DNA of 64,000 nucleotides, taken from positions 135,036,001 to 135,100,000 of the forward strand of contig OX597815.1 in NCBI GenBank assembly GCA_951406725.2. Reading direction: 5' to 3'. Below, one piece after another: positions 24,847 to 38,959 of this stretch. Position 1 is the stretch's first letter; every line of letters begins with the position of its first letter. A model generated the notes under the pieces. That model was not told the DNA's origin, made no database searches, and saw only the letters and a list, made by a program, of their open reading frames with translations. The DNA comes from Octopus vulgaris. Taxonomy: Eukaryota. The position numbers were made by a program, and so were the translations under genes.

Positions 24847-26456
24847 GGTATTGTGTATTTCAAGGGGAGTTTAATTGGTATTTCTAGCAAGTAAAGCATA
24901 CATAAAGAGGTTCCAACTTGTGGTGGATCTGGAGGTAGCGTTAGTTGTTGTATGCAGTGATGATGATAGTAATGGTATTAAGGTTAGATAGAGCAGTGAT
25001 GGTGGCAATGTGGAGTATTATAAGTAAATGTAGTAAATAAATTACAATAATTGTATGAGGTATTAGTAAGTAGGGTAGTAGCATACCTTGGTAGATAGTA
25101 AGAATAAAGAAGAGCTCTAGAGGCATCAATAGATAACAAAGATAGTGAGACAGACAAAGAGAGAAATACAAGATGAGTGAAAGTGGGAAATAAAGGACAC
25201 ACAAGAGATACACAAATCTCCCCTCATGTATGCACACGCTCACACACACACTGGAAAAGAAAGAAAAATTGACAGAAAGGTAGGGAAATGAAGTAAAGTA
25301 ATAAGAAAATGTGAGAGAGAAAGAGAAAGTGAGAGTAAATTAGACTTTTAGCAATTTACATAAAATGTGTTTCTCCATGGTAACAAGATGAATTTAAAGC
25401 TGGAATTGTATTGGTAATTGTGAAGGTTGCAATAAACAATTCTATAACCACACTTGCTGGACATTAATCTTTAGATTGATGGTTCAATAGTTTTATAACA
25501 AGAACAGATGGCTGTTGCTGGTATTAATATCAACTCTTAGTAAATAAACAGTAAACTGGTTGCTGATAACAGCTGGTATTGACTCACTGGTAAACACCAG
25601 ATCACTTCACCGACAGTTAATATTGGTCAATGGTTGTTCATGGTATGAAACAGTAGACAGTGTTATGATGGTGGGAGTGAGTCTTGTAATAAAGTGGATG
25701 GTTGGAACTTAGTCTCCATGGTAATGTGCACCTGAGTCAAGTTGATCTGATAGATTCCATCCTTCTCCAAACTACATCACAGGGGAGTATTTTGAGGTCT
25801 GCATTGCAAGTTAGCAAAAAATTTGTCAGTTACATGGCGTTCACTATTGACACTAACACCAATAACATCTCTAGGACATGAATGGTAGATGGCAGTTATT
25901 TTCATTCATGCAGTGTGTTCCACTTTACCATTCATCTATTCATAGTCAATACAGTAAGTACAAGCCATAAAGTTTGTGACCATAAGTTTGTGAAAGAAAT
26001 CAATTCTGCTTTGTTCCATATCCTTTCTACTAAAGGCACAAGGCCTGAAATTTTGAGGAAGGGAACTAGTCATTACATTGACCCCAGTGTTTCACTGGTA
26101 CTTAATTTATCAACCCCGAAAAGTATGAAAGGCAAAGTCAACTTCGGCAGAATTTGAACTCAAAATGTAGCGATAAACAAAATACTGCTAAGTGTTTTGT
26201 CCAGCATGCTAACAATTCTGCCAGTTTGTAGCCTTATATAGATTTATCTCCATATTATATCTATTCACAGCTAGATGGTTGACTAATTTACAACCAAGCT
26301 TTTTGCCATACATACAATAGTTTTGAATACTCTATATGAGAAACTCATCTCCAGCCATACATAATTCTGTACAGAACAAATGTTGCAATGGACTTTTTTT
26401 CCTAAAACCATCACTTTCTCAGTTTTCTCATTGGTGTATACATCCTTCACCAATAA

Positions 26457-26487
<31 letters not shown>

Positions 26488-27512
26488 CATACACATGTTG
26501 GGCTTCAACACAATTTCCACCTACCAAGTTGTACTCAGAAGGTATTGGTCAACTATAGGTTTTGGTAGAGAAACTTGCCCATGGTAATGAGCACTGGGAG
26601 TAAATGTGCGTTTGAGAAAGTAAAAAACTTCATCATCAACATCATCGTTTAACGTCCGTTTTCCATGCTATCACGGGTTGGATGGTTCGACTGGGGTCTG
26701 GGAAGCCAGGAGGCTGCACCAGGCTCCAGTCTGATCTGGTAGTGATTCTACAGCTAGCGAAGTATGCACCCAGTCTTGACCATCTCATAGCTCCTGGAAT
26801 AACGTTACCAACTGATATACAGAATTATGTTAAACATGGTTTAATGTAGAAAAAAATCATGTAGAATTTATAAAAACAGAGCTTTGTAGTGGATGTTCGA
26901 TGAATTACTAATATCCAGGATGTGTGTAGGACAGGCGTGAAAAGTGTTTGTCCTCACAATCACTGGCAATCTTTCTTGATCTTACATATCACAACATATC
27001 AAACGCTGTATTCCAATTGCTGACTCTTTACAAAGGTCAAGTGATATATCTACAATGGATTACTGCTCTGATATCTGTGACTATGCTGCTGCTACACACA
27101 TAAACATCCAAGACCATGTCCAAAAGAAAGACACCCAACTGATTTACTTGGAATTACTAATGCATTTTCAATCTCATATATATAAGTAGTTCTTAGAGCT
27201 ATTTCGCATCTATTTCTAGCATGTGGCACTATTCATTAGAGCCCTTATTATTATATTTCTAGAATTACACTGAACTGCAAAAGAAACAGGATTTTTTCAA
27301 ATATCATTTTTATATAGTAAATTCTGTAAATTTATTTCAGGGATGTAAGTGTAAATATTTCAAGACATGCTGGTTTATGGCTGAGTCCTGTGGGTGGCAG
27401 TCACAAACAATTGTCATGAAAACTGGAAATGCTTGTGCATCTCATGGAGGTTATGGGTATAAAGGTCAACTTGAACTGCATTCCTGGGATTCATAATTTG
27501 GATGCATCAGGT

Positions 27513-28360
27513 ATGACTCGATTGACAGCAGTGCAGAGAGAAAAAGCTAGTGGATGATTGCAAGCAGGGCAGCATGCCCTGGTTGTTGCAAAAGCTTACA
27601 ATGTCCATCTCAACACCATCTATAGACTGCAAACAGTGATACAATGACACCAAAAGCACTGCAGACCATGTCCACAGAGGGCACCCCAGGTGTCCACACC
27701 CAGGCAGGATTGCTTCCTTCACCGGCAACACCTCCATAATCACTTCAGACTGGTCAGTGTGACAGCTCATGAGACTATTGACACTGGACAGCAACCCATC
27801 GGCGACAACACGGTACAATGTCAACTGGCCACCAACAACCTGCATTGCCGTCATCCTGCCACCACCAGGAATGACTATAGTAGGCTACACAGCACCGACA
27901 TTGGTGGCATCAACAGTGGAGGTCAATAGTATTCTCTGATGAGAGCCTGTACTGTGTTTCCACCTTGGATGGCAGAGTGACGGTGTGGCATAGGAGGGGT
28001 GAACACTACAGAGACACATGTGTCATGGAGAGAGACATGTGGGGTGGCCAAAGCATCATGATGTAGGGAGCTATAGGCCTGAATTAGAGAATCGGGCCCC
28101 ATGTCTTCTAAAATGGTGGGGCTGGCAGAGGGAACGCTGCCTCCTATAGGCCAGGGTCACTATGGACTTCCTGTGTTAGCACAATATCAGAACCATGCTG
28201 TAGCCAGCTCTCAACCCAGATTTAAACCTAAATGAACACCTGTGGGGTGAAATCCAGAGACAGCTGAACCAGGTGGTCCCAAGGCCAACAGCTTGTGTGG
28301 AACTGGAGGCAGTGTTCCTCAAGGTGTGGGCACAGGTGCCAATGGCTTCTGTGAATGATT
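27513..28360 (+). mobile_element. Decayed Tc1-family transposase
   Basis: MTRLTAVQREKASG*LQAG..VAKAYNVHLNTIYRL..STPRQD..VFSDESLY..SIMM*GAI..PALNPDLNLNEHLWGEI (cf. SPDLNPIEHLW); internal deletions. Confidence 0.9.
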
Positions 28361-29397
28361 TTTATTATTACTCATAAAGAAATTATTATTATTATAAAGG
28401 TGGCCATCCTTTCAGGGTCGATAATTAAGTACCAGCTGCGTACTGGATCAATGTAATAATTGACTAGCCCCCTCCCCCAAATTTCAGGCCTTCTGCCTAT
28501 AGTAGAAATGATTATTGTAAAGGCAGCGAGCTGGCAGAATGGTAGCGGAATCATTATACCATTAGAAAAATTGCTTTGCAGTACTTGTTCCAATTCTTTA
28601 CATTTTGAGTTCAAATCCTATTGCAATCAACTTAGCTATTTATCCTCCGAAGAGTCGATAGATAAAGTAAGGTTCCAGTTAAGTATTGGAGCTAATGCTA
28701 TCTACTAACCCATTTCATCTCAAAACTGCTGGCCTTGTGCCTAAATCAGAAAATAATAAATATTGTTGCTATAGAAAACTGAACATCAGATAGTGTGCTA
28801 AACCACATATGCGCCGACTAAAGCCGTTTCAAATGTGGCCTAATTTTTTTTTCCTTTTCAAATATCGTGGATTTATCGAGGACTACGTTATTCAAAGTGC
28901 CGTGGAAGAAAAATGAATAAAAGAAAGAAAAGCATACGGATGGTTTGAATACCTTTAGTCACATGCCTGCTTTAAATAACGTAATTCTGGATAAATACAC
29001 TTTGTTATTTATCAGAAATCGATTTGGCTGCTATTTCTAGAAGCCAAATTCTTTTACAATGATAATCATTGTTGGAAGGACACAATTTTCATAACGCACC
29101 GTTAAAATGAAATGTCCCCGCCTCCCTACTCCACCCTTATTATGTTTCCAGTGCAAGAGTGTGTCATTCAGCTCTACTCGTTTTGTTTTCATCAGCAAGC
29201 AAAATTTTCGAGCTTTAGGCAACGGAGGATGATATGAGTACAACAAGAGTTGACTCCCTTAGATCGACTGAACTAATTGGTCAGAAGTACCGCTGGAAAT
29301 CTACAGCGATTTCTACTGGGATTATTAATTAATTAAAAAGAAACCGTGAGTGATAGGTGTCAACAGTCACACACCAACTTCGTGAATAAAACGATAT

Positions 29398-29494
29398 GGC
29401 GATCCTTCGGTATAGGTACCGTAAGTACCGAAAGTGGCTTTGTTTACATTTCCGAAGATAACAGAAACGCTTTTCTCCCCCCCCCCCCCCCCCC

Positions 29495-29533
<39 letters not shown>

Positions 29534-29584
29534 ACTTTCTTGAAATGTATCCGGTACTTCCGGTACCTATACCGAAGTTACGCC
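29398..29584. mobile_element. MITE with GG-starting ~33-bp TIRs and 8-bp TSD (Merlin-like)
   Basis: GGCGATCCTTCGGTATAGGTACCGTAAGTACCG / CGGTACTTCCGGTACCTATACCGAAGTTACGCC; TSD AACGATAT at 29390-29397 and 29585-29592; internal poly-C and (TA)n. Confidence 0.85.
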
Positions 29585-31013
29585 AACGATATTGATGATT
29601 TCTATCAGCGATACAAGCTAAACACAGTCCTATATTTTGAGGGAAGATGTAGTTGATAAGATTAACTCTAGTTATTTATTCACCCAGTACTTTATTTCTA
29701 TCAACAAGATTTGAGCAACCAATAAATGTAAAGGAGCCACGGCTAAAATGCTGCTAAATATTTTGTTCGCTGTTGCATCAAATCTTACTGTCTACCCCGT
29801 CTAACAACAATAACGAAGATTTCTGAACATAAACATAAGAGCACAACGAACAGCGTAATATGTTAGGGATAGTGATGCAGTTATTAGTTTGACCCCAGTA
29901 CTTAGGTGATGAAAGACAAAGTCAACTTCAGCAAGAATTCAGAAAGCAAACGGATGTAATTAAATACTGGAAAAGGCATTATTGGCCTGCCTCATTACTG
30001 ACTGCCTCGATATCGCGTCCCGCTCGCTGCTCTATGATGCAACGTTCATGTGTGTACACAACAGACACACGGCATCCCTTCTCTTTATCCCTCTCCTACG
30101 CGTGCACAAGCAAAATCATCAGTCGGTTTGACCTTGTTAATTAAGCAGTTAAACATAATAGACATGTGTTTTCCTGTACCATATTAACTGAGCTTCTAAA
30201 TTCTTTTGAACGGAATGAACGACAGTTGTATGTGTGAACAGAAGACATACGATATTAACATTCTTATGCGCACACGAATAATACTGGATATTTTTATTTT
30301 TTTTTGGTACTAGACCCCGCCAGTCGATCCCTCGGGTTTATTGCAAACAAGAAATTGTAACGTGCATGCCTTTTAAAAAAATTATTATTATTAGCAACGT
30401 GACTGATTTCAGAGCGAAACCGAGTTTTAAAATAAGACTTGTGCAGTAATCTTTCGTTTAATGTACATATAATGCCGGACAATAAAGTGAACGGAAATCA
30501 ATTATGAAACATTTCTACGGTAAATCAGTCTTGATTTCGATGAAAGTTCTCTCATATCATATATCTTAGAAAATAATCTCATGTAACTCTTCAAGTTGGA
30601 TAGAGATTATCTGAAGTCATTTACTTTTGATGAAACTCCATGTTCTTCCTATTCGTATGCAACGTCGCATCACTGGAATCAACGAAAGGAAAACTGGTTT
30701 ACCGTGTAATGACTTGGCCGCTGTTTTCCTTTTACTTTGTTATTTGCTATTTGTTATATGTATATACAACGGAAGATCGTCTCTCTCAGGCTCACCAATA
30801 ACTTTTAGTTAACTGTATAACAATATAAAATGTTCCTTACTTATTTAAAAAGCCTGATTTGATTTAATGAGAATGGTTAGCAGTACAGTATCTTGAATAT
30901 AGAAAGTAATAATAATCAGATTCGTACAACCAATCTTATTTATGCGAAAAAATAAGCTCAGTTAATGCACAAGTTTAATGTACCGAAACAGAAACAGGAC
31001 GACGTGGTTATTA

Positions 31014-31250
31014 TTTTTTTTTTCGCCCTTTTAAAGCATAGCCAGGCTCGTGGGCCCGGTTTCAATGGCGTATGTGGTCCCCAGCTGGACGGGACGCCAG
31101 TCCATCGCAGCGTTACTCATTTTTGCCAGCTGAGTGGACTGGAGCAACGTGAAATGAAGTGTTTTGCTCAAGAACACAACGCGTCGCATGGTCCAGGAAT
31201 CGAAACCACAATCTTACGATCACCCTAACCACTAAACCACGCGCCTCCAC
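31014..31250 (-). mobile_element. tRNA-derived SINE family C with A-tail
   Basis: Minus-strand head TGGAGGCGCGTGGTTTAGTGGTTAGGGTG..GGTTTCGATTCC (A/B boxes); TSD GGTTATTA at 31006-31013 and 31251-31258. Confidence 0.9.
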
Positions 31251-32229
31251 GGTTATTAATTAGCTCCCGACAAAATGAAGTCTGTTCATTTAATGTTGCC
31301 ATTAAATTCGACTATTGAAATTTGTTTAATTTAAAGAGCATTTAATCTCGGAAGTATTCTAGTTATTGGGTAACTAAAAAGTTGAAGTAACTAACTATTT
31401 AGTGTGAAACCCGTAGACTACACGACGTTTGCTACTGAGTTAATGCGGCACCGGTCATTGGAATTAACGCACCAATACAATATAGAAAGTGAAGGTATTT
31501 AATTAACCCTTAGGAAGTCTAATTTTATTTAAGAAAGGTCTCGTAGGAATTATTGAAGTTATTACAAAGAATGTGGGCATGGAAAAATCAAAACCATCAA
31601 TTATATCTTGGTCACGGTATTAATATAGATTGAGGATGAAAGGGATAAACAACGACCTCCACAAGATTGTGAAGACGCATGCATTGCCGGCTGATTGCAA
31701 AGGTCACTTAGTAATCATAAAGTCCCACATGTGATTACACTGCGCGGCGACTAAGACAGATCTCTTTGATCATGGAAGCCTTTTGCTTGAAACTGGGTAG
31801 ACAAACTGTGTAAAAATGTGTAGTGTACTCGTTATGTTCTTGGTTTATTTAAGCAAAATGATCAAAGAATGAGTTCTTAGAAAAGTTGAAGAGTGCTTTC
31901 CATCTGATAACATTTTTTTTTTTTGCAAATGGTAGAATCTTACCGTTATTTTATTTCTTCGATAGTATGTACTGAAGTTTGTTACTTTAACACAGAAACG
32001 TACCAATGTTTTGTTATTGTTTTGTTCAGTTACTTCAGATTACCTGATCGTGTAGATCTTTGACTAAAGCTAAAGAATTCCTGCCGTTACCATTCTGCCT
32101 ACGACAAAATGATAATTCCTTTCTTCAGACGGTTAGTAGAGTATGATTCAAAGGATATTTTGCATCCATTTCTATTAGGTCAAACGACCATAGTGTATCT
32201 CATCGCTTAAAGTTCTACGGAAGAATCTC

Positions 32230-32740
32230 AACAATATACTGTTTTCTGTTTAGACAAATAATTTTTGAACCATACTAAAAAATTACGTTAAGTTTCCAAT
32301 AGTTTAAGCATTTGAAATAATTTTTGGTGGGATGTCAAAGGCTTTTGCTATATCCAAATAAATAACATCAATATAGAAATCCTAATCAAATAAAGTAATC
32401 TATGCAGGCTTTTTACTCATTAAGTCATGTTGAAGTTTGGAAATTAAATTTGATTCAAATATTCAAACAATTTTTTCATATAATAGATTCTATTACTTTA
32501 TAACATAAAACTCAACAAACAAAGTAGTAACTTTTAACTGAATTTTGTGAATTGGAGTGACTTTCAAAAACTTCTACATATCAGATTATTTTATTTATTT
32601 GAAATAATATCTAAATGTGTTACAGAAATGTTCGGCAATGCAATACATAATTTGCTTATTTTAAAAACGCCAAAGGAATATCATCAATTCTTGGAGCAGA
32701 CTGATACCCTAGTCTATCAACTCCAAAGGTGTGACAGTTG
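32230..32740 (-). mobile_element. Old CR1-clade RT fragment
   Basis: DVIYLDIAKAFDIP (~32370-32330), followed by KLF..WFKNYLS; upstream QHD..KK motif. Confidence 0.7.
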
Positions 32741-32764
32741 ATTTTTCATCAGGTGTAACAGTAA

Positions 32765-33236
32765 TCATCATCATTTAATGTCCGTTGTCCATGCTGACAT
32801 GGGTTGGACGGTTTCACCAGGGCTGCAACAGACTCCAGTCTCATTTGGCATGGTTTATACGGCTGCATGCCCTTCCTAACGCCAACCACTCCGAGAGTAT
32901 AATGGATGCTTTTACGTGCCACCGGCACGAGTGCCAGCTGCGGACACGAGTATCTTCCACAACTAGAATTTGATGAGTTTTCTTCTTAAGCACGGCATAT
33001 TGCCAAAGGTCTCGGAAATTTGCCATTGCCTCCGTGAGGCCCAACGTCCGAAAGGTGGTTTTTTACGTTCCACCGTCACGGTTGCTAGTTACGCTACGCC
33101 GGCCTCGACCACATTGCCTCCGTAAGGCCCAACACTCAAAAGGTGCTTTTTACGTGCCACGCGCATTAGTGCCAGTTACGTGACACCGACATCGGCCACG
33201 ACTACGATTTCACTTGGCTTGACGGGTCTTCTCAGG
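32765..33236 (-). mobile_element. RTE-tailed short repeat, CpG-intact copy with an internal ~90-bp tandem duplication
   Basis: Same family as 3226-3600; ATTGCCTCCGTRAGGCCCAAC..AAAGGTG..TTTTTACGT occurs twice (~33024, ~33113). Confidence 0.8.
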
Positions 33237-33962
33237 TAATAAAGAGGCCAAAATATATACAAATAAAAGACGTGGTGTAGCAACGGATGCAATATCCGTC
33301 TTCACCTACTTAACTTTTTTTTTCACATGAAATTCCGATATAATCGTGATCTACACTATATGACAGGTAAAAATATCGTCTCTTCACTATGAAAGATCGT
33401 AATCGTTAATCGTAATTGACACCGTCTGAAACGTACTTGTAGAAAATTTCATTAAAATAAATCCATTATTTAGAAAGTTTAAAGGAAACGAATTTGGCGG
33501 GGGGTAAGGGTAGGGGGTAGTGTCTGTAATTGTATCCAATTTACGTAGGCAAATCAAAAACACTTTTCTTCACCCCCCCCCCCAACAAATAAGATGATAT
33601 TGGAATCAACGTGGCTGACACTGGATCAAATTTACAATTTAGAGAAATATTTTTGTTGATATGTCAGTGAAAAGTAGCAAATATCTGGATAACCTTTATA
33701 TTTCCAGAAGAAGTATAAGCAAAAACATTAAAAACGCTATCTTGTGTACGATGACTATGTCATAGTGAATTAAAATTAGTTTTGTGATTGAATTGTGAAG
33801 TTGAAACCTTCAATGAAAGGATTTCAAAATCACATTTTGATAAAAATATATTATTAAATTTTCTAGGCAGTGTAGACTTTAATCATTTATTTTTTTCTAG
33901 TAAATGTTACATAATCCAAACTAAATAATAAGCAACTTTATTATAGTATAGATGGATAGATA

Positions 33963-34002
<40 letters not shown>

Positions 34003-36384
34003 GAGAGAGTTGAATTGTAGATGTAATCACAGCATCCATTACGTTGAACTTCCTCCATAAGTCTCTAACTCCTTTCTGTCAATTGCTTTCATAATATGAA
34101 AGTTCTCAGATAATATGCCTTGAAGTTCCATTGGGTGGGGCAAAGAATTTGCATTCTTGGGGATATATTCTAATCTCACATTACCACGGAGTTGATATGA
34201 GCTCACAGAGTGGCTCGAATAATTGCCTAGAAGGAGCAATACTCTGTTGGTAATGTTATGTCTACAGCAGGATGAAAACTGTTTTTAGACCCAAAGACGG
34301 ACTTTACCACCACCTATACACATTTAACAAGTCCTAACAGAATGTCATTCAGCCTAAAATGAGTTCCAGGAAGTTAAACTGTTTGACTTCCAGAGATATT
34401 TTGAACTCAAGTACGTCTCATTATATTTCCATTTGCAAAAAGTGGACTTTAAGTGAAAAACTGTTATCAGTCTAGTGACAATGACCTACAAGTATAAATT
34501 ATTAGTTAGTACCTATATCTCACTATTGCACTTGTTTGGAACTTAGCACTGGATACAGTAGTAGTCATACATCTAATTGTACACAAAATATTTTACATAT
34601 ATACACACACACATATATATACACACACATATAGTGACCTAGAAAGTCATAATTTAAGAAGTGACTACATACATCCAGTGATACTGACCTAAATAAAGTC
34701 TTGATTTAATAAGTGACTATACAAGTGTATGTACATGCACACACACATACACACATGCATATATGTAATACACACAATTTTTATAAGCTGCAATTAAAAC
34801 AGGAACTAAGTGATAGCATAGTTCTAGCAGAAAATGCTGCCGACATTAAATTACAGGCAATTGTTATCAATGAATTGATAGCGTCTTAGCCAACAGATGC
34901 TGCAGCCAATTATTTCATAGTTGTAGCTCTTTAAAAATTTTACATAATTCACAGTTATTGCATATCTTAAGTTAATGGTTATCATGTAAAGCTGTTGTAA
35001 TAGAAAACTATTTTTAATGTATTAACCCTTTTATAGACCATAGTTATTTTAGATCCTAGATAATAACTATTTTATATTTATGCAAACAATTGCTATTGTA
35101 AACTTAGCTTACTCTGACCTCGGTAGTATTGTTTATATACAAGTATATAACGGTTGTAAATTGTGTCTTTAAACCTTTTATAAACCACAGCTGCTCTTGC
35201 TCAGGCATGTGCACTGAGGGAGGGGTTTTTAAGCCCCTGCCTTTTCTTTCTTTTCATATCAAAGGTGCCCTTTTAGTCAAAATTCGAAAACATATTTTAA
35301 TGAAACACACATTTCTAGCACTTGCTTTTCAGCTACTGGTTCTATTGTTACTAAATCAATGTGAAAAATATCACCGATGTGTGAATATTAAAGTTGATCT
35401 TACTCTTGGCTAAAATAATTCAGAATTTCAGTCATTTTTGACATCATTTTCACCCGAGACAATCACATAAGAAGTTGCCAAATTAGTTATATGGAGGGAA
35501 AGGAAAGTTGGGTGCAAACAGTATACAAAGAAAGAGTGGTACGAGTCAGTTGTAGGATGAGGTATAAACTGATTACACACTGTCCGCATTTTTTAAAGTA
35601 AATCTTTGCAGTTTGGTTTTGATTTTTTTTTTTATAAATGACTGCTTTATATTAGATAAATCATGCATCTGCCTCTAACTGTTTCTATGTCTATTTATTT
35701 ATTTATTGTGAACCTATATTCAGATTTCTTGAATATCAGATTCTAATTTTGCCAAAAATAATATAAAAATTTATATTTTGGTCTTAAAAAATATAACTTA
35801 TTAAAATATTTATCATCTGGAACAATAATACTCTTAAAGTCATCTTTAACACCAGCACTTCCAAACTCTCTCAGCCTCATCTTCAGGATGTAGAGTTATG
35901 GGTTCTGTGCTGACCCTTTTAAGGGAGAATACCCTAATTTATACAGCTTTTCCAAACAAAACCTGACTAGTACATAAGTTTTCTATATCATCATATCAGT
36001 AGCTTTGACATGTGTATGCTGTAGCATTGTATTGTGTTATAAGTAATGCTTCCATAATCATTCTCCTTTTTCTGTTGTGTATTTCATAAAGCATGCAAGT
36101 ATTTTCTCTTAATGTTTTCCTATCAAGTTTTGTCGAACTACAAAAGTTTGGTATACACATACGAAAAAAATTAATAAAGGAGATCAAATTAGAACAATCA
36201 TATTTTCTATACAGGGTGCAAGCACAGACAGACAGTCATGACAGGCAGACATACACACACACAGTGTGTCTGTTAATAAAAGTAGAAAGTGTTTAATTGA
36301 AGTGTGCATAGTGTAAAGTTGACATCCAATGAAGAGCTAAAAGAAATAGCCCTGTCAATTTTTTTGTTTTTGTTTTTGGAAAGA

Positions 36385-37415
36385 TATGGCTTATACATAG
36401 AATATATGAGTAGTTTAGGCAATGATGGAGCTGCTAATCAGTAGATTGTTCCAGGGAGTTCAGTCAAAGATTCTTCTCCACAATGAAAAAAAGCTTTGCA
36501 TGTTCACTGCAATGTACACTGCTTGATCCCTGTACTTGTAGAAGTACAAAATCAAGCCATTATTTTTTGCCTCGTTCTTTAATATAGTAGAGAAGTTATA
36601 CAGTGTTATTTCAGTATCAAGTATGTGGTATGCTTTACTCATATAAACTCAATTCTCTAGCTACCCTGGATTCTCACCTTGAGAACTGAAAAACCTCTCT
36701 GACACAAGATGGGGTTATAGAAGTACTGACACATAGCACCAAATGCAAGTATTTTCTTTGCCTTGACACTGCAATAAGAATTCATGAAGAGAACCAGTGT
36801 AACAGATGCCATTCAGCAGCAAAACTTGGATGAACAAGCTACATTTAGAAACATTGGGGTAAATTTCCAATATATCAGAATGTAGCTCAACATGCACAAG
36901 ATGCAGATATTGAGGTTCCAGAGGAAATTTCTGGTCAGAGCAGTGAGATTCAAGTACAAGTCCATTTTATAACAACAGATAAACATTCACAGAGTCTGAC
37001 AGAGTTGAATCATATGAAAGTATATTACACATTTCTGGATGTATTTGTTCAAGGACAAAGATTTCAAGTTACCACGAAACTGGGAAGTAAGTAATTTGGC
37101 AACAAGTAATAAAGTTCAAGATCTAAATACTCTATGAAAGTCCTACATCTTCAAAGAAGAGGATAAGAAACTTTTGAGATAGAATTTCATTCATCTTACT
37201 CACTGCCAAATATGATCCATTTTTAATTCTATAAGTGAAATGATGTCCATCTTGTTTTCTCAAAAGTAAGTTGCTTAAAATGTATGTAACACTTCCAGTA
37301 ATAGCAACTGGAGAGTGCTTTTTTTTAAGCTCAAGCTAAATATAAACTGTGGAAGCTATATTGAGGAGAGGAGCTTTTCTGCTTTCTTGTTGCTCATCAT
37401 TGAGAAAGACATCAA
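36385..37415 (+). mobile_element. Decayed hAT transposase (ZMYM1/Tip100-like); element may start near 35200
   Basis: NDGAAN (36421), HVHCNVHCL (36499), LKNLSDTRW (36686), TLPVIATGEC..KLKL..EER..IEKD (37289 onward; hAT dimerisation region), all colinear. Confidence 0.8.
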
Positions 37416-38325
37416 AGTTATAATGAAAAACTGATGAACATTTCCAAGCGCATGATAAACAGATGAATATGATTTATGAAAGTATGTTGGCATCGTCATT
37501 CTTCAGTGTATGTTTCATAGTAGATGAATAAAAAATTTAATTATTACTTTAGATAAGGGTTAAAATTCTTCTATTTACTACTTAAAAGCTGAGGTCATAT
37601 TATTAACAGATCTCAGTATATTTCTATAAATTTTTCATTTATAGTTTCATATCGTATTCAAATATATATACATTAGAATACTGTAATTTATACGATAAGC
37701 AAGATAAAATTTAAACTGAAAAATAAAGCTGTAAACAAAACTGCAATTTTTCAGTATCTTCTTATCTTTCAAAAATCTTGCAAAAAAAAATCTTTTTTGC
37801 CACAACAAATTTTCATTTATTTTCTTTCATCAGGTTTGTTTGTATAAATAGTCCATTGAAATTAAGGAAATTTAAAAATATTCATCACATACAATTTTAG
37901 CATTTTTTTGTGTATATATATATATATATTCTCTTTTTTGACTGAGTTTTGCTTGCCTGAAAGTTGGTGCACATTTGTGCAACTGCTATTAGATAATCAC
38001 CATCATACAGAGGTGTTATAATTATCAGCCTTATTGTCCAGGAGTTAACCTGCAGTCCATAAAATTGCTGGCAAGGCTCTTCTACAACTGCTACCTTTAA
38101 GTAGTCTGACAAGTTAAAATCTTCACTGCCCCTAACTAATTAGCAGCACTATTTAACTTCTTTGATTTCAATATGCCGGAGAACTGCCTCCCCATGACCC
38201 TACATTACAAACTCATCTAAAATTACCTACATCAAAGTGCTATTTAAATGAAAATCACCACAGTAAATGTGAAATTTCAGTGGTTAATCACTTGTCGTTT
38301 GATTAGCTGGGTTTCAAACACCAGT

Positions 38326-38591
38326 TTAACCATTTTGTTATCAAGTCTGTAATGAAATACATAGCTTCAGTGTTGCAATTAATTTAGAAAATAATTAAGA
38401 ACTTGGAATGATTTAGCAAAATGAACTTTTGTTTTCATGATTGAGCTGATGTTTAAAATATAAGTTTAAAAAAGCTAATACTAAAAATTGTTATGAAAGG
38501 CTTTTAATCTAAGATATGAAACTAAAACAAGTGCATATTTGTTTCATAAAATCAGAATTAACTTAAGATGGGTTGATATGAAAAGTGTTAA
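38326..38591. mobile_element. Old piggyBac-like (TTAA) MITE
   Basis: TTAACCATTTTGTTATC...GATATGAAAAGTGTTAA; internal similarity to 49794-49985. Confidence 0.6.
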
Positions 38592-38959
38592 CATAAACAA
38601 ATACTGAACAGTTCAGCTATTTTACTTATTTATTTTGGAAAGTAATTAGAGTATATAGGCAATACATTTTTAGAACAATACTTCTGCATTTAATTGTACT
38701 GGAGAGAGAGAGTGAGTGAGTTTGTATGTATTAGTATTAATCATCGCTTTATAGATTGTATTTGTAAAGTTCATGCTCACTGGTCACTTTCTTCACTTGA
38801 AAATTTTAGCTCTTCTAGACTATCACTTAGACATTTACTAATATAACCAAGTGGACTGATACTTATTAATATCAATATAAATTTATAATCAGGATTAAAC
38901 AAGCTGCAAGTTTTGACGCAGTTGTACGTAGATATTCTCCTTGTTGATTTTTGAAAATA

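Larger units (their letters stand above)
28790..33760. promoter_or_regulatory. CpG-retaining (putatively hypomethylated) island, candidate promoter region
   Basis: CG is frequent in unique DNA here (GCGCCGAC 28811, CGATATCGCGTCCCGCTCGC ~30008, TGCGCGGCGAC 31741) and in resident repeats, but rare in the flanks. Judged by eye, not counted. Confidence 0.5.

Noticed and set aside
20990-31250. tRNA genes at the SINE heads (20990, 24624, 31250)
   Set aside because: A/B boxes are present, but there is no full cloverleaf and each continues into a multi-copy SINE body.
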